DNA of 64,000 nucleotides from Candidatus Doudnabacteria bacterium (GTDB lineage Bacteria > Patescibacteriota > Doudnabacteria > UBA920), in the NCBI GenBank assembly GCA_031291995.1, contig JARLHZ010000025.1:156266-220265 (forward strand), read 5' to 3'. Positions 48,099 through 56,154 of this stretch are shown piece by piece (position 1 is the first letter of the stretch; every line of letters starts with the position of its first letter). The translations under genes were made by a program, and so were the position numbers. A model generated the notes under the pieces. It was not told the DNA's origin and did no database searches. It saw only the letters and a program-made list of their open reading frames with translations.

Positions 48099-51077
48099 TT
48101 ATGGCAAATTTATAAATTCACAGCGGTGTTCCCGTACCTTTTCGTGCTCTTCCTTAAATAGGTCAAATTTAACGGTATTGGTCACCCGGTCAATTATCGC
48201 CAGAAGCCTGCTTTTTAATTCGCCGATTTGCTCTTTGTTCGCGGATTGTTCCGGCAAGAATTTTCCAGCCTGCAGGTACCAATAGCAAAGTTTGCCGACT
48301 TTTTCACCAAGAAATTCTTCGGCCGCCCACTGGTAAATATGAAGCTGATCCAAATCATTCTTTTCATTTTTAGACGGGATTTTCTCGCTGGTTTTATAAT
48401 CGATAATCTCCAAGCCCGCGTCCGTTATGTCCGCCCGGTCGATTTTTCCGGTAAATTTATAATCGCCGAGCGGAAGGTAAAAAGATTTTTCAAGAAACTT
48501 GGGATTACAAGGGTGAATTTTGGTGTAATCGTAAAAATCCCTAATCAGCCGGAGCCCCCGTTTTTTGTAATCTTCTTTTTGCTTTTTATCGGCATACCAT
48601 TCGTCTATCCAGTTTTGCTCGTAAAGGTCTTCCAGAAATTTTAACCCGCCAAGTTCCGGTACGGACGAAGTTTTGGCAAACAAATCCTGTTGAGCCTGAT
48701 TTTTTCTGGCTTGGTAGTCTTTTAAATATAACTCAAAAACTTTGTGTATGGTCTGTCCAAAACTAAAATAGGGGCTGCCCGGCGAAGGAAGCTTTAAATA
48801 GTATTGGTATTTGTATTGCAGCGGACAAGTCTCAAATGTTTTTAAGGCGGAAAAAGAAAAGGTTTTCGGCAGGTTTTGATACACAACATCTTTTTTAGAA
48901 CTATTGCTAAAAAAGACTTTCCCGGTCGCCTGGCTGGCTACCGGCCCTGGTACCAATTTGGTTTCCTGCAAAAAGACCGACGGCTTTTTGGTTTTGGCCC
49001 CGCCGTAATCCTTGGCCCAGGAAATGTAGAGATGGCTTTTGGCCCGGGTTAAAGCCACATAAAACAGGCGCCTCTCCTCCTGCAAGTGAAAATCTCCCTC
49101 GGGCAATATGTCTTTTATTAATGCGGTCGGGATAGCAATTTGTTCGCCTCGGGCGCGAGTCGGGAAACGTTGGTCAACCATATTCGGAATAAAAACATAT
49201 TCAAATTCCAGACCCTTGGCGGAGTGCACCGTTAAAAGTTTGAGGCTTTCGGGTCCAAGATTTGGATCAAATTTAATTTGTCCTTCGTCACCGGCTTCGG
49301 TTTCCAAATTAAGCAAAAACAAAAAGTTGTGCAGGGATTTATCCGAGTTTTCGGCCACAAATACCTCCATTTTCTTATAGAACTGCTCCAGTAATTCTCG
49401 ATTTTCCGCATTTTCAAGAGTGTCGGAATCTAAAGTCGACTCCAATTTTAAATCGCGGATGATTTCCACAAAGGCTTCGTTGGCGGATTTTTCCAAAGCT
49501 AATTTGGCGTGGCGGTCGAGCAGTAAGGCAATATTAGCGATGGTTTTTTGGCTGGCCTGGCCGATGGTAGACAATGCCGGCGCTCCCAGCAGCATCTCGT
49601 AAAGAGAAAGAGTTTTTTTAACCGAATTAGCCATTAAAGACGCCAAATCCTGGGGAGGAATGGAAAATTGCTTAAAACTCAGCACGCGATAAAGCGCCAG
49701 GGAATCGTGAAAATTATCCAGGGTCGACATGTAAGCAATTAAATCCGCGATGAAAGGTTTTTTATAAAGGCCGGTGTTGGCTACAAAGGTATGGGGGATG
49801 CCGTGCTGCGATAAAATTGGCAAAAGTTCCTGCGCGGCCGAGTTACTCCGGAGCAAAATCGCGAAATCATTCCAGGTACTTTTGGGGTATTTATTTTTAA
49901 GTTCGTTGATTCTTTTGGCAACGAAGCTAAGCTCTTCGCTTAAATCTTTGCCCTCTAAAACTTCAATCGTACATTTAACCGCGCTCTGACTTTTCAGTTT
50001 TTTGTTGATTTTTAATTTTTCTTCCAGACGATCGGGGTTGTTGGCCTGGATAAAATTGTATGCCAAATCCAAAATTTCCTGTCCGCTGCGGTAATTTTCC
50101 ACCAGGGTAATTTGTTTTAATTCCGGAAAATCTCCCTGGAATTGTAATATATTGCTGACGCTCGCGCCTCGAAATTTGTAAATCGATTGGTCGTCGTCCC
50201 CGACCACCGCTAAATTTCGGGTTTTGCCGGCGAGAATTTTTATAAGCTCGTACTGGGCATAGTTGGTATCCTGAAATTCGTCCACCAAAACGTATTTGAA
50301 CTTATTTTGATAGAGCTGTAATATTTTAGGACGCTTGTTAAATAATTGATACGCGCTATTAATCAAGTCTCCAAAATCCAAATAGTTGTTGTCCAGCAAC
50401 AATTTTTGATAGACATGAAAAGCATTGGCAATTTCCTCAATGCGCGAAATTTCAACCTCGTCTGCTTCAGGATCCTCAGTTAATGAAGCACCCTTGGTTG
50501 TTTTTGACTTAGCCCTTAACCCTGCCCCCTTAGCCCTATTAGGCAAATCGGTTCTCAGCCTTAACTCCTCGGCATAAGCCAAATAATCCCGGGGCGTAAT
50601 TAATTCGTCCTTGCAGCGGGAAAAATGTTTTACGAGAGAACTGATAAACTTATTCGGATTTCCCAGAGGCCGGTAGTAATCAAGCTTGAATTTATCCAGA
50701 TTATTATGGACTAAAATCCAGGCGCCGGTTTCGTTTAGCAGTTTAAAATCCGCCGGCAGTCCGACGTCCAGCCCATGCTGTTGCAAAATCCGCTGACAAA
50801 AACTGTGGAAAGTGGAAATCCACATGTCGTGGTAGCCCAAAGGCAAAAGCAAATCCAACCTGTCCTGCATTTCCCCCGCGGCTTTGTCGGTAAAAGTTAG
50901 AGCCAGAATTTCATCAGGTTTTGCCAAATTTTGTTCTATCAAATAGGCAATCCTTCTGGTTATTACGGTTGTCTTGCCGGTACCGGCCCCGGCCACAATT
51001 AAAAGCGGTCCGGCTCCATGCGTGACCGCCGCGATTTGTTCCTTATTTAAATTTTCGAGTAATTTACTCGGTTCCAT
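48099..51077 (-). CDS. UvrD/PcrA-family helicase fused to a C-terminal PD-(D/E)XK (RecB/AddA-like) nuclease domain
   Basis: Walker A GAGTGKTTV; UvrD helicase motifs through about residue 700; C-terminal IDYKTS...E.K-type nuclease motif. Confidence 0.8.
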   Translation of the reverse strand: MEPSKLLENLNKEQIAAVTHGAGPLLIVAGAGTGKTTVITRRIAYLIEQNLAKPDEILALTFTDKAAGEMQDRLDLLLPLGYHDMWISTFHSFCQRILQQHGLDVGLPADFKLLNETGAWILVHNNLDKFKLDYYRPLGNPNKFISSLVKHFSRCKDELITPRDYLAYAEELRLRTDLPNRAKGAGLRAKSKTTKGASLTEDPEADEVEISRIEEIANAFHVYQKLLLDNNYLDFGDLINSAYQLFNKRPKILQLYQNKFKYVLVDEFQDTNYAQYELIKILAGKTRNLAVVGDDDQSIYKFRGASVSNILQFQGDFPELKQITLVENYRSGQEILDLAYNFIQANNPDRLEEKLKINKKLKSQSAVKCTIEVLEGKDLSEELSFVAKRINELKNKYPKSTWNDFAILLRSNSAAQELLPILSQHGIPHTFVANTGLYKKPFIADLIAYMSTLDNFHDSLALYRVLSFKQFSIPPQDLASLMANSVKKTLSLYEMLLGAPALSTIGQASQKTIANIALLLDRHAKLALEKSANEAFVEIIRDLKLESTLDSDTLENAENRELLEQFYKKMEVFVAENSDKSLHNFLFLLNLETEAGDEGQIKFDPNLGPESLKLLTVHSAKGLEFEYVFIPNMVDQRFPTRARGEQIAIPTALIKDILPEGDFHLQEERRLFYVALTRAKSHLYISWAKDYGGAKTKKPSVFLQETKLVPGPVASQATGKVFFSNSSKKDVVYQNLPKTFSFSALKTFETCPLQYKYQYYLKLPSPGSPYFSFGQTIHKVFELYLKDYQARKNQAQQDLFAKTSSVPELGGLKFLEDLYEQNWIDEWYADKKQKEDYKKRGLRLIRDFYDYTKIHPCNPKFLEKSFYLPLGDYKFTGKIDRADITDAGLEIIDYKTSEKIPSKNEKNDLDQLHIYQWAAEEFLGEKVGKLCYWYLQAGKFLPEQSANKEQIGELKSRLLAIIDRVTNTVKFDLFKEEHEKVREHRCEFINLP

Positions 51078-51080
51078 GCT

Positions 51081-51530
51081 TTATGTTTTATGTTTGGTGA
51101 TGTAACCCGTCCACTGTTTCCATAAGTCCATACCCTCATCTTTGTATTCCGCCCAAAATTGCGAAGGGTTGACTATTTTAACCTCCTGATATTTTTCAAG
51201 CGAAAGCAAATCATTGTCCGAAGTTATCAGGTAATCCGCTCCCGCCTCAATGGCGCTTTCGAGTATTTTATTGTCTTCCGGGTCGGACACCACGCGGACT
51301 TGACGGCGATTAACCACCCAATTTACCACGGTATAAAAATTGTCCAGTTGGTTTTTGTATTCGTCATTGTTGATCAACCGGCCGCTTATTAATTTATTTT
51401 CCTGAAGTGTCTGCCGGTTGGCAAAAGCCGCAATCTCCCCGGCGATTACGGCGTCAATAATCTTTTTTTCAAAAGAGTATTCATCTCTAAATCCGTTAAT
51501 TAAAACGTTGGTATCAAGTACAATTTTCAT
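51081..51530 (-). CDS. PIN-domain protein
   Basis: MKIVLDTNVLI and the D..ILE...A.YLITSDNDLL acidic residues of the PIN fold. Only 4 nt from the helicase-nuclease start. Confidence 0.7.
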   Translation of the reverse strand: MKIVLDTNVLINGFRDEYSFEKKIIDAVIAGEIAAFANRQTLQENKLISGRLINNDEYKNQLDNFYTVVNWVVNRRQVRVVSDPEDNKILESAIEAGADYLITSDNDLLSLEKYQEVKIVNPSQFWAEYKDEGMDLWKQWTGYITKHKT

Positions 51531-51574
51531 TAAAATAAATTAACCGGCCTTAACCATATTTAAATTGTTGCTCT

Positions 51575-51919
51575 TCATAAAAACAGTAAATAAGACTTTA
51601 GCCCGGAATTTTTAACCCGAACTTTTCCGGCCTTGCGCAAAGTATTTATCAAGACCCGTAATTCGGAAAATTCCAATGACCTTGAAGTTTTAATTTCAGA
51701 TATCGGAACCATACCCGGGTTGTTCATTTTCATAAAGGAAAATTCTTCCAAAATTTCCGGTGAAAGTCCGCCTGACTCAATCGCAACGCCTTTTGGTTTT
51801 ACCGGCTCAGACTCTGTGGATTCGCTGGCAATATTATCCGCCAATTTTCTAAAATTAACCTGATCGGGATCGTCCCTGTGATATTCGGAGAGCTTGCTTT
51901 TTTTATATATTTCTTCCAT
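51575..51919 (-). CDS. Hypothetical acidic protein (114 aa)
   Basis: ORF only; no motifs. Confidence 0.4.
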   Translation of the reverse strand: MEEIYKKSKLSEYHRDDPDQVNFRKLADNIASESTESEPVKPKGVAIESGGLSPEILEEFSFMKMNNPGMVPISEIKTSRSLEFSELRVLINTLRKAGKVRVKNSGLKSYLLFL

Positions 51920-51933
51920 AAATTTTGATTGGA

Positions 51934-52452
51934 TTATTTTCTGCCGGTTTTAATAGGCATTAAAAATTTACGGGGGTTTTCATCTAAATCGATGAAATAA
52001 TCGGTCAGCAGTTTAATTTTTCCGCTGCATGATTTTCCAAAGGCCAGAGTTTCGGTAAACTGGCCGGACATTTGCAGATATTCCAACAGCGGGGCGTAAT
52101 CGCCGTCGCCGCTGGCCAACACGACAACGTCCAGCTTATTCATCAGCTTAACAATGTCCATGGCAATACCCACGTCCCAATCCCCTTTTTGATGCCCGCC
52201 GGCAAAGGTTTGTAATTCTTTAATTTTCACCTCGAACCCCGCTTTTTCCAGAGCCTCAAAAAAAGTATGCTCTTCGGGCATGTCGGCTTTAACCACGTAG
52301 GCAATGGCGCGAATAAGCTTTCTCCCGGCCACGGCCGCTTCCAAAACCTCGTTAAATTTTACTCTCGCGTTATACATATTGCGCGCGGAATAGTACAAAT
52401 TTTGTATATCCACGAACACGCCAACTCTTTGATCCGGATTTCTTATTGACAT
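51934..52452 (-). CDS. NYN-domain (LabA-like, PIN-fold) protein
   Basis: VGVFVDIQNLYYS ... DWDVGIAMD ... VVLASGDGDYAPL pattern of NYN/LabA nucleases. Confidence 0.65.
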   Translation of the reverse strand: MSIRNPDQRVGVFVDIQNLYYSARNMYNARVKFNEVLEAAVAGRKLIRAIAYVVKADMPEEHTFFEALEKAGFEVKIKELQTFAGGHQKGDWDVGIAMDIVKLMNKLDVVVLASGDGDYAPLLEYLQMSGQFTETLAFGKSCSGKIKLLTDYFIDLDENPRKFLMPIKTGRK

Positions 52453-52476
52453 AAGTTTGTCTTTCGTTTAAGTTTG

Positions 52477-53496
52477 CTATTCCAATAATTTTTGCTGCTC
52501 GATGGCTTTGGCGTCATCAAGTTTTAACGAGGAAGCGTTTGTTATGCTTGTTTTAAGTTTGGCGAAATCGTTAGTTACGGTGCCCATGGTATTGCCCGCA
52601 TTCTTGATATGATTGCCTAAGACATCCAGGTTGCGGCCGAATTTGTCGGACTCTTGCTTAATGCCGGCAATCATCGCCAAAATTTGCTGGGCGGCTTCAT
52701 TAACTTTTTGGCCACGAAGCGAAAGTAAAATTATTTGTAGATGATGATACAAAGTGTTCGGGCTGACAAAATATACCTTTTTTTCGCGGCCGTAGCCTAA
52801 GGTAGCGGTATCATCCAGCACTTCGCTGAACACCCCTTCGCTCGGAATATACATGAGCGCGAAATCAAAGGTATTTTCCTGGGGCAAAATATATTTTTTG
52901 TGAATTTCGTCGGTGCGCTTTTTAACGTCCTTTAAAAAAGTTTTCTTTAAAGCCTCCTTGGCTTCGTCGGTCGTGGCTTCCTTATATAAGCGGAAGTTTT
53001 CCATACTGAATTTGCTGTCGATTGGCAGAATTTTATCGCCAACAAAAATTATGGCGTCCACGACTTCTCCATTTTTAAATTTGTACTGGATTTGGTAACC
53101 GCTCTTAGGCAACGCTTGTGACAACATGTTTTCCAGCATTTCTTCACCAAAGTTCCCCCGTAATTTGGGCGATGCCAAAGTCTCGGTTAGGCGACGAATA
53201 TCCGGCCCGACTTGTGAGATGCCGCCCAACTCTTTAGTTAAAGCCGCAATGACACGCCCGGCATTATCCAGGCGTTCATTAATGGCCTTATTTGTTTCGT
53301 CAATGGATTTTTGCATGCCGACTCTTGTCTGGTCAGTGCCCTGCTTAATCTCCTTCATCCATTCCATCATTACTTTCATGCCCTGGTCATCGGCCGGTTT
53401 TTGAGCCTGTTTTTTTAAATCGAGAATAAAATAAAGGATTACTCCGATACTAACTAACAAAAGCCCAAAAATCGGGTACAAAAGTTCAGTATTCAT
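52477..53496 (-). CDS. rmuC: DNA recombination protein RmuC
   Basis: N-terminal TM, coiled-coil and the RmuC C-terminal region (GNFGEEMLENML...). Confidence 0.8.
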   Translation of the reverse strand: MNTELLYPIFGLLLVSIGVILYFILDLKKQAQKPADDQGMKVMMEWMKEIKQGTDQTRVGMQKSIDETNKAINERLDNAGRVIAALTKELGGISQVGPDIRRLTETLASPKLRGNFGEEMLENMLSQALPKSGYQIQYKFKNGEVVDAIIFVGDKILPIDSKFSMENFRLYKEATTDEAKEALKKTFLKDVKKRTDEIHKKYILPQENTFDFALMYIPSEGVFSEVLDDTATLGYGREKKVYFVSPNTLYHHLQIILLSLRGQKVNEAAQQILAMIAGIKQESDKFGRNLDVLGNHIKNAGNTMGTVTNDFAKLKTSITNASSLKLDDAKAIEQQKLLE

Positions 53497-53649
53497 GTAA
53501 TTATTTTACCATAATAACAGTTAATCGCAAAACTTATAAAAATTTAACTGGTGGCATGTGCATAACTTAATTTACAATAAGGACTGCACTTATTATACTT
53601 ATTTTATAAAAGAGAGCCCAGAGCTAAATTAAATATTTTCGGCAGATTA

Positions 53650-54102
53650 TTGAAGAAAATGAAAATATTGAGGCCAAAAAACCAAAAAGGATTTACTTTA
53701 ATTGAATTATTAGTTGTGATTGCAATTATCGGACTTTTAGCGTCCGTAGTTTTAGTTGCGTTAAACGGAGCAAGAGCCAAATCCAGGGATGCCAAGCGAA
53801 TTGCGGATATAAGGCAGATGGCTTCGGCTATGGAGCTGTTCTATAACGATAATAACTCTTATCCGAGCTACACTAATTATTTGGTGCCAAACTACATTGG
53901 TGTTTGGCCAACTGCACCAACGCCTATTGACCCGCCTTGTACGACCGGGGTTAACAGTAACAACAGTTATACTTTATATCCCGGCTATAATGGAGGCGGT
54001 ACGCCCTCTTCTTCAACCTACGCGATAGTTTTCTGTGTAGGCAACATAACAGGGCAATACAAAGCGGGCCAGCACACGTTAACTCAGGGCGGAATTCAGT
54101 AA
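53650..54102 (+). CDS. Type IV pilin / pseudopilin (prepilin-type N-terminal cleavage/methylation domain)
   Basis: KGFTLIELLVVIAIIGLLASVVLVAL leader plus hydrophobic helix. The C-terminal region is rich in G/T/N/Y. Confidence 0.75.
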   Translation: MKKMKILRPKNQKGFTLIELLVVIAIIGLLASVVLVALNGARAKSRDAKRIADIRQMASAMELFYNDNNSYPSYTNYLVPNYIGVWPTAPTPIDPPCTTGVNSNNSYTLYPGYNGGGTPSSSTYAIVFCVGNITGQYKAGQHTLTQGGIQ

Positions 54103-54193
54103 TCCTTAATAAAAACAGTATTTAACTAACCCTGCAAATAGCGGGGTTTTTAGTTGCATAATTTATCAGTTTAATCTATAATAACCAAGTTAT

Positions 54194-54269
54194 CGCGGGA
54201 TAGAGCAATTGGCAGCTCGCAAGGCTCATAACCTTGAGGTTCCCGGTTCGAGTCCGGGTCCCGCAACCA
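54194..54269 (+). tRNA. Initiator tRNA-fMet (CAT)
   Basis: CGCGGGA...GCTCATAACC...GGTTCGAGTCCGGGTCCCGCAACCA. It has the C1:A72 mismatch and A11:U24 pair characteristic of bacterial initiator tRNA, is strongly collinear with E. coli tRNA-fMet, and carries an encoded CCA. Confidence 0.9.
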
Positions 54270-54393
54270 AGCTAATTTTTGATTCATTTGATGGAAAATT
54301 AACTTGGTTTAAAACCTAAAATCCTAAAATCGTGACAGATTTTAAAGCTTTCTGTCGAAAGTTTTTTTATTTAAGATACCGCAGGTTTTTGTT

Positions 54394-54470
54394 GCCGGGG
54401 TAGCTCAGTTAGTTAGAGCGTGGGACTCATAAGCCCAAGGTCAGAGGTGCAATTCCTCTCCTCGGCACCA
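54394..54470 (+). tRNA. tRNA with CAT anticodon (elongator Met or lysidine-modified Ile2)
   Basis: Acceptor gccgggg/cctcggc; D-arm tagctcagttagttagagc; anticodon loop ctCATaa; encoded CCA. The T-loop is an unusual TGCAATT and there is an A31:G39 mismatch. Confidence 0.7.
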
Positions 54471-54594
54471 CTCGACTCGCTTTGGCTTGCGCCAATACTC
54501 GCTCGTGGTTTCGGCTATTGGGAAGCCTCAACCACCAATTTAATTCGAAGCGACCCGAGTGGTGTCATCTTATACCACTAAATATTAAAAATAT

Positions 54595-54671
54595 GGGACC
54601 GTAGCTCAATTGGTTAGAGCACTCGCCTGTCACGCGAGAGGTTACGGGTTCGAGCCCCGCCGGTCCCGCCA
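54595..54671 (+). tRNA. tRNA-Asp (GTC)
   Basis: Acceptor gggaccg/cggtccc; anticodon stem-loop ctcgc-ctGTCac-gcgag; T-loop ttcgagc; encoded CCA. Confidence 0.85.
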
Positions 54672-54800
54672 CACTTCCATGTTCGAACTTGCAAAATTCC
54701 AAAGGAATTTGATAATTTTGTTCAAATTTATTGAGAATTTGCAATTCGAAGACGGAAGCTTGACAAAAGTCATGCGTCTGATAGTATATAAGTACAAACG

Positions 54801-54834
54801 CCCCACCCAGCCGCAAGGTCCGGTGGGGTTTTGT
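54801..54834 (+). terminator. Intrinsic terminator after the tRNA cluster (ccccacc-cagccgcaaggtcc-ggtgggg tttt)
   Basis: 7-bp GC stem plus T-run, 15 nt upstream of the next ATG. Confidence 0.7.
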
Positions 54835-54848
54835 GTTATAATTAAGCC

Positions 54849-55439
54849 ATGAGGACAATACTTTACATCGACGGCAGGAACACGCTCGGTAAAATGGCCG
54901 CTATTTTTGCATCTGTAGGCAAACCCGTTCCCGCTTGGCATACTTACAACTTTAAAGGTTTATTGGCCAAGGTTTTGGAAGGAATTACCATTGACGAAAT
55001 GGTATTTTATTTTGCCAAAATTAAAGAACATCCCGACACAAAAGAAAAGTCACAAGCCTTAATCCAAGCTCGGCGTTTACTAAAAACCGCATTGGAAAAA
55101 CAAGGCTTCAAAGTTATTCTGGCTGGCGTTGTCCGTGGCAACATTACGAAGGATGCCAGAGGCAAGGAAATTTTAGTCTTTAAGGAAAAAGGTGTGGACG
55201 TAAGTATTGCCGTGGATATGGTAGTCGCTGCCTGCGACGGCAATGTTAAAACCGCAGTCCTTGTCAGTTCCGATTCCGACTTACAGCCAGCCATTCGGGA
55301 AATAACGAAACGAAACGTGGAAAGCATTTACCTCGGCTTTGAGCTACAGCCAAACAAAGGTTTAACCGCAACCACGAGGCGAACAATTTTAATTCGTAAT
55401 TCCGAAGTTTTGGCTTATGTTGAGCCGAGGCTGCTTTAA
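54849..55439 (+). CDS. NYN-domain (LabA-like) protein, second copy
   Basis: ILYIDGRN ... GVDVSIAVDMV ... AVLVSSDSDLQPAI. Confidence 0.65.
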   Translation: MRTILYIDGRNTLGKMAAIFASVGKPVPAWHTYNFKGLLAKVLEGITIDEMVFYFAKIKEHPDTKEKSQALIQARRLLKTALEKQGFKVILAGVVRGNITKDARGKEILVFKEKGVDVSIAVDMVVAACDGNVKTAVLVSSDSDLQPAIREITKRNVESIYLGFELQPNKGLTATTRRTILIRNSEVLAYVEPRLL

Positions 55440-55443
55440 CAAA

Positions 55444-56142
55444 ATGAAAACTATAGCAATTGTCGGAGAATTTACAGAGGATTCAAAATCACAAGTGTTT
55501 TTGAATCAGGCACTAAGCGATATTAAAAAAAGATACGGCTATGATTTTGGTTTTGAATGGGTTAATACAGCAAAGGTTGAAGCGAAAAAAGAAAATTTGT
55601 TAAAAAATTATTCGGGGATATGGAGTGCACCTGGCGGTAAATTTAATAGTTTAGAGGGTGCTTTGCTGGCTATTAGATATGCAAGGGAAAACAACATTCC
55701 CCATTTAGGGACCTGCGGCGGTTTCCAGCTTACGATTTTAGAATTTGCCCGAAATGTTTTGGGTATTAAGGATGCTCAACACGAAGAATATGACCCAAAC
55801 GCTTCAACCTTATTTATTACAAAACTGGCTTGCTCATTGGCTGGCCAACGGCTAAAAATTACGGTCAAAAAAGATACCAGAGCCTTTGCTAGCTACAATA
55901 AAACCGAGGTTGAGGAAGATTATTATTGTAGCTTTGGGATTAACCCAGCCTTTAGAGAGCAACTAAATCGTCCCGACTTAATAATTTCTGGCGTGGATAC
56001 AGACAACGAAATTCGCATTTTTGAGTTGCCAAAGCACAAATTTTTTATGGCAACTTTATTCGTCCCGCAAGCTAATTCTACTTTTGACCAGCCGCATCCG
56101 ATTGTTTTGGAGTTTGTAAAAACCTGTTGCAAAATACCGTGA
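55444..56142 (+). CDS. Stand-alone class I glutamine amidotransferase domain, CTP-synthase (PyrG C-terminal) type
   Basis: [34 protein letters not shown] is closely collinear with the PyrG GATase segment [32 protein letters not shown] (catalytic Cys in GTCGG). Start at ATG 55444 ([10 protein letters not shown]). Confidence 0.65.
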   Translation: [232 protein letters not shown]

Positions 56143-56154
56143 TTTGAAATTTTA

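Noticed and set aside
54761-54795. TTGACA...TATATA promoter-like sequence after tRNA-Asp
   Set aside because: It is immediately followed by the strong tRNA-operon terminator hairpin, so a productive promoter for the NYN gene is doubtful. A tiny transcript is possible but unsupported.
54565-54941. Track ORFs overlapping the tRNA cluster (54565-54858 -, 54610-54852 +, 54642-54941 -)
   Set aside because: They run through three well-formed tRNA genes and a terminator; artefacts of ORF scanning.
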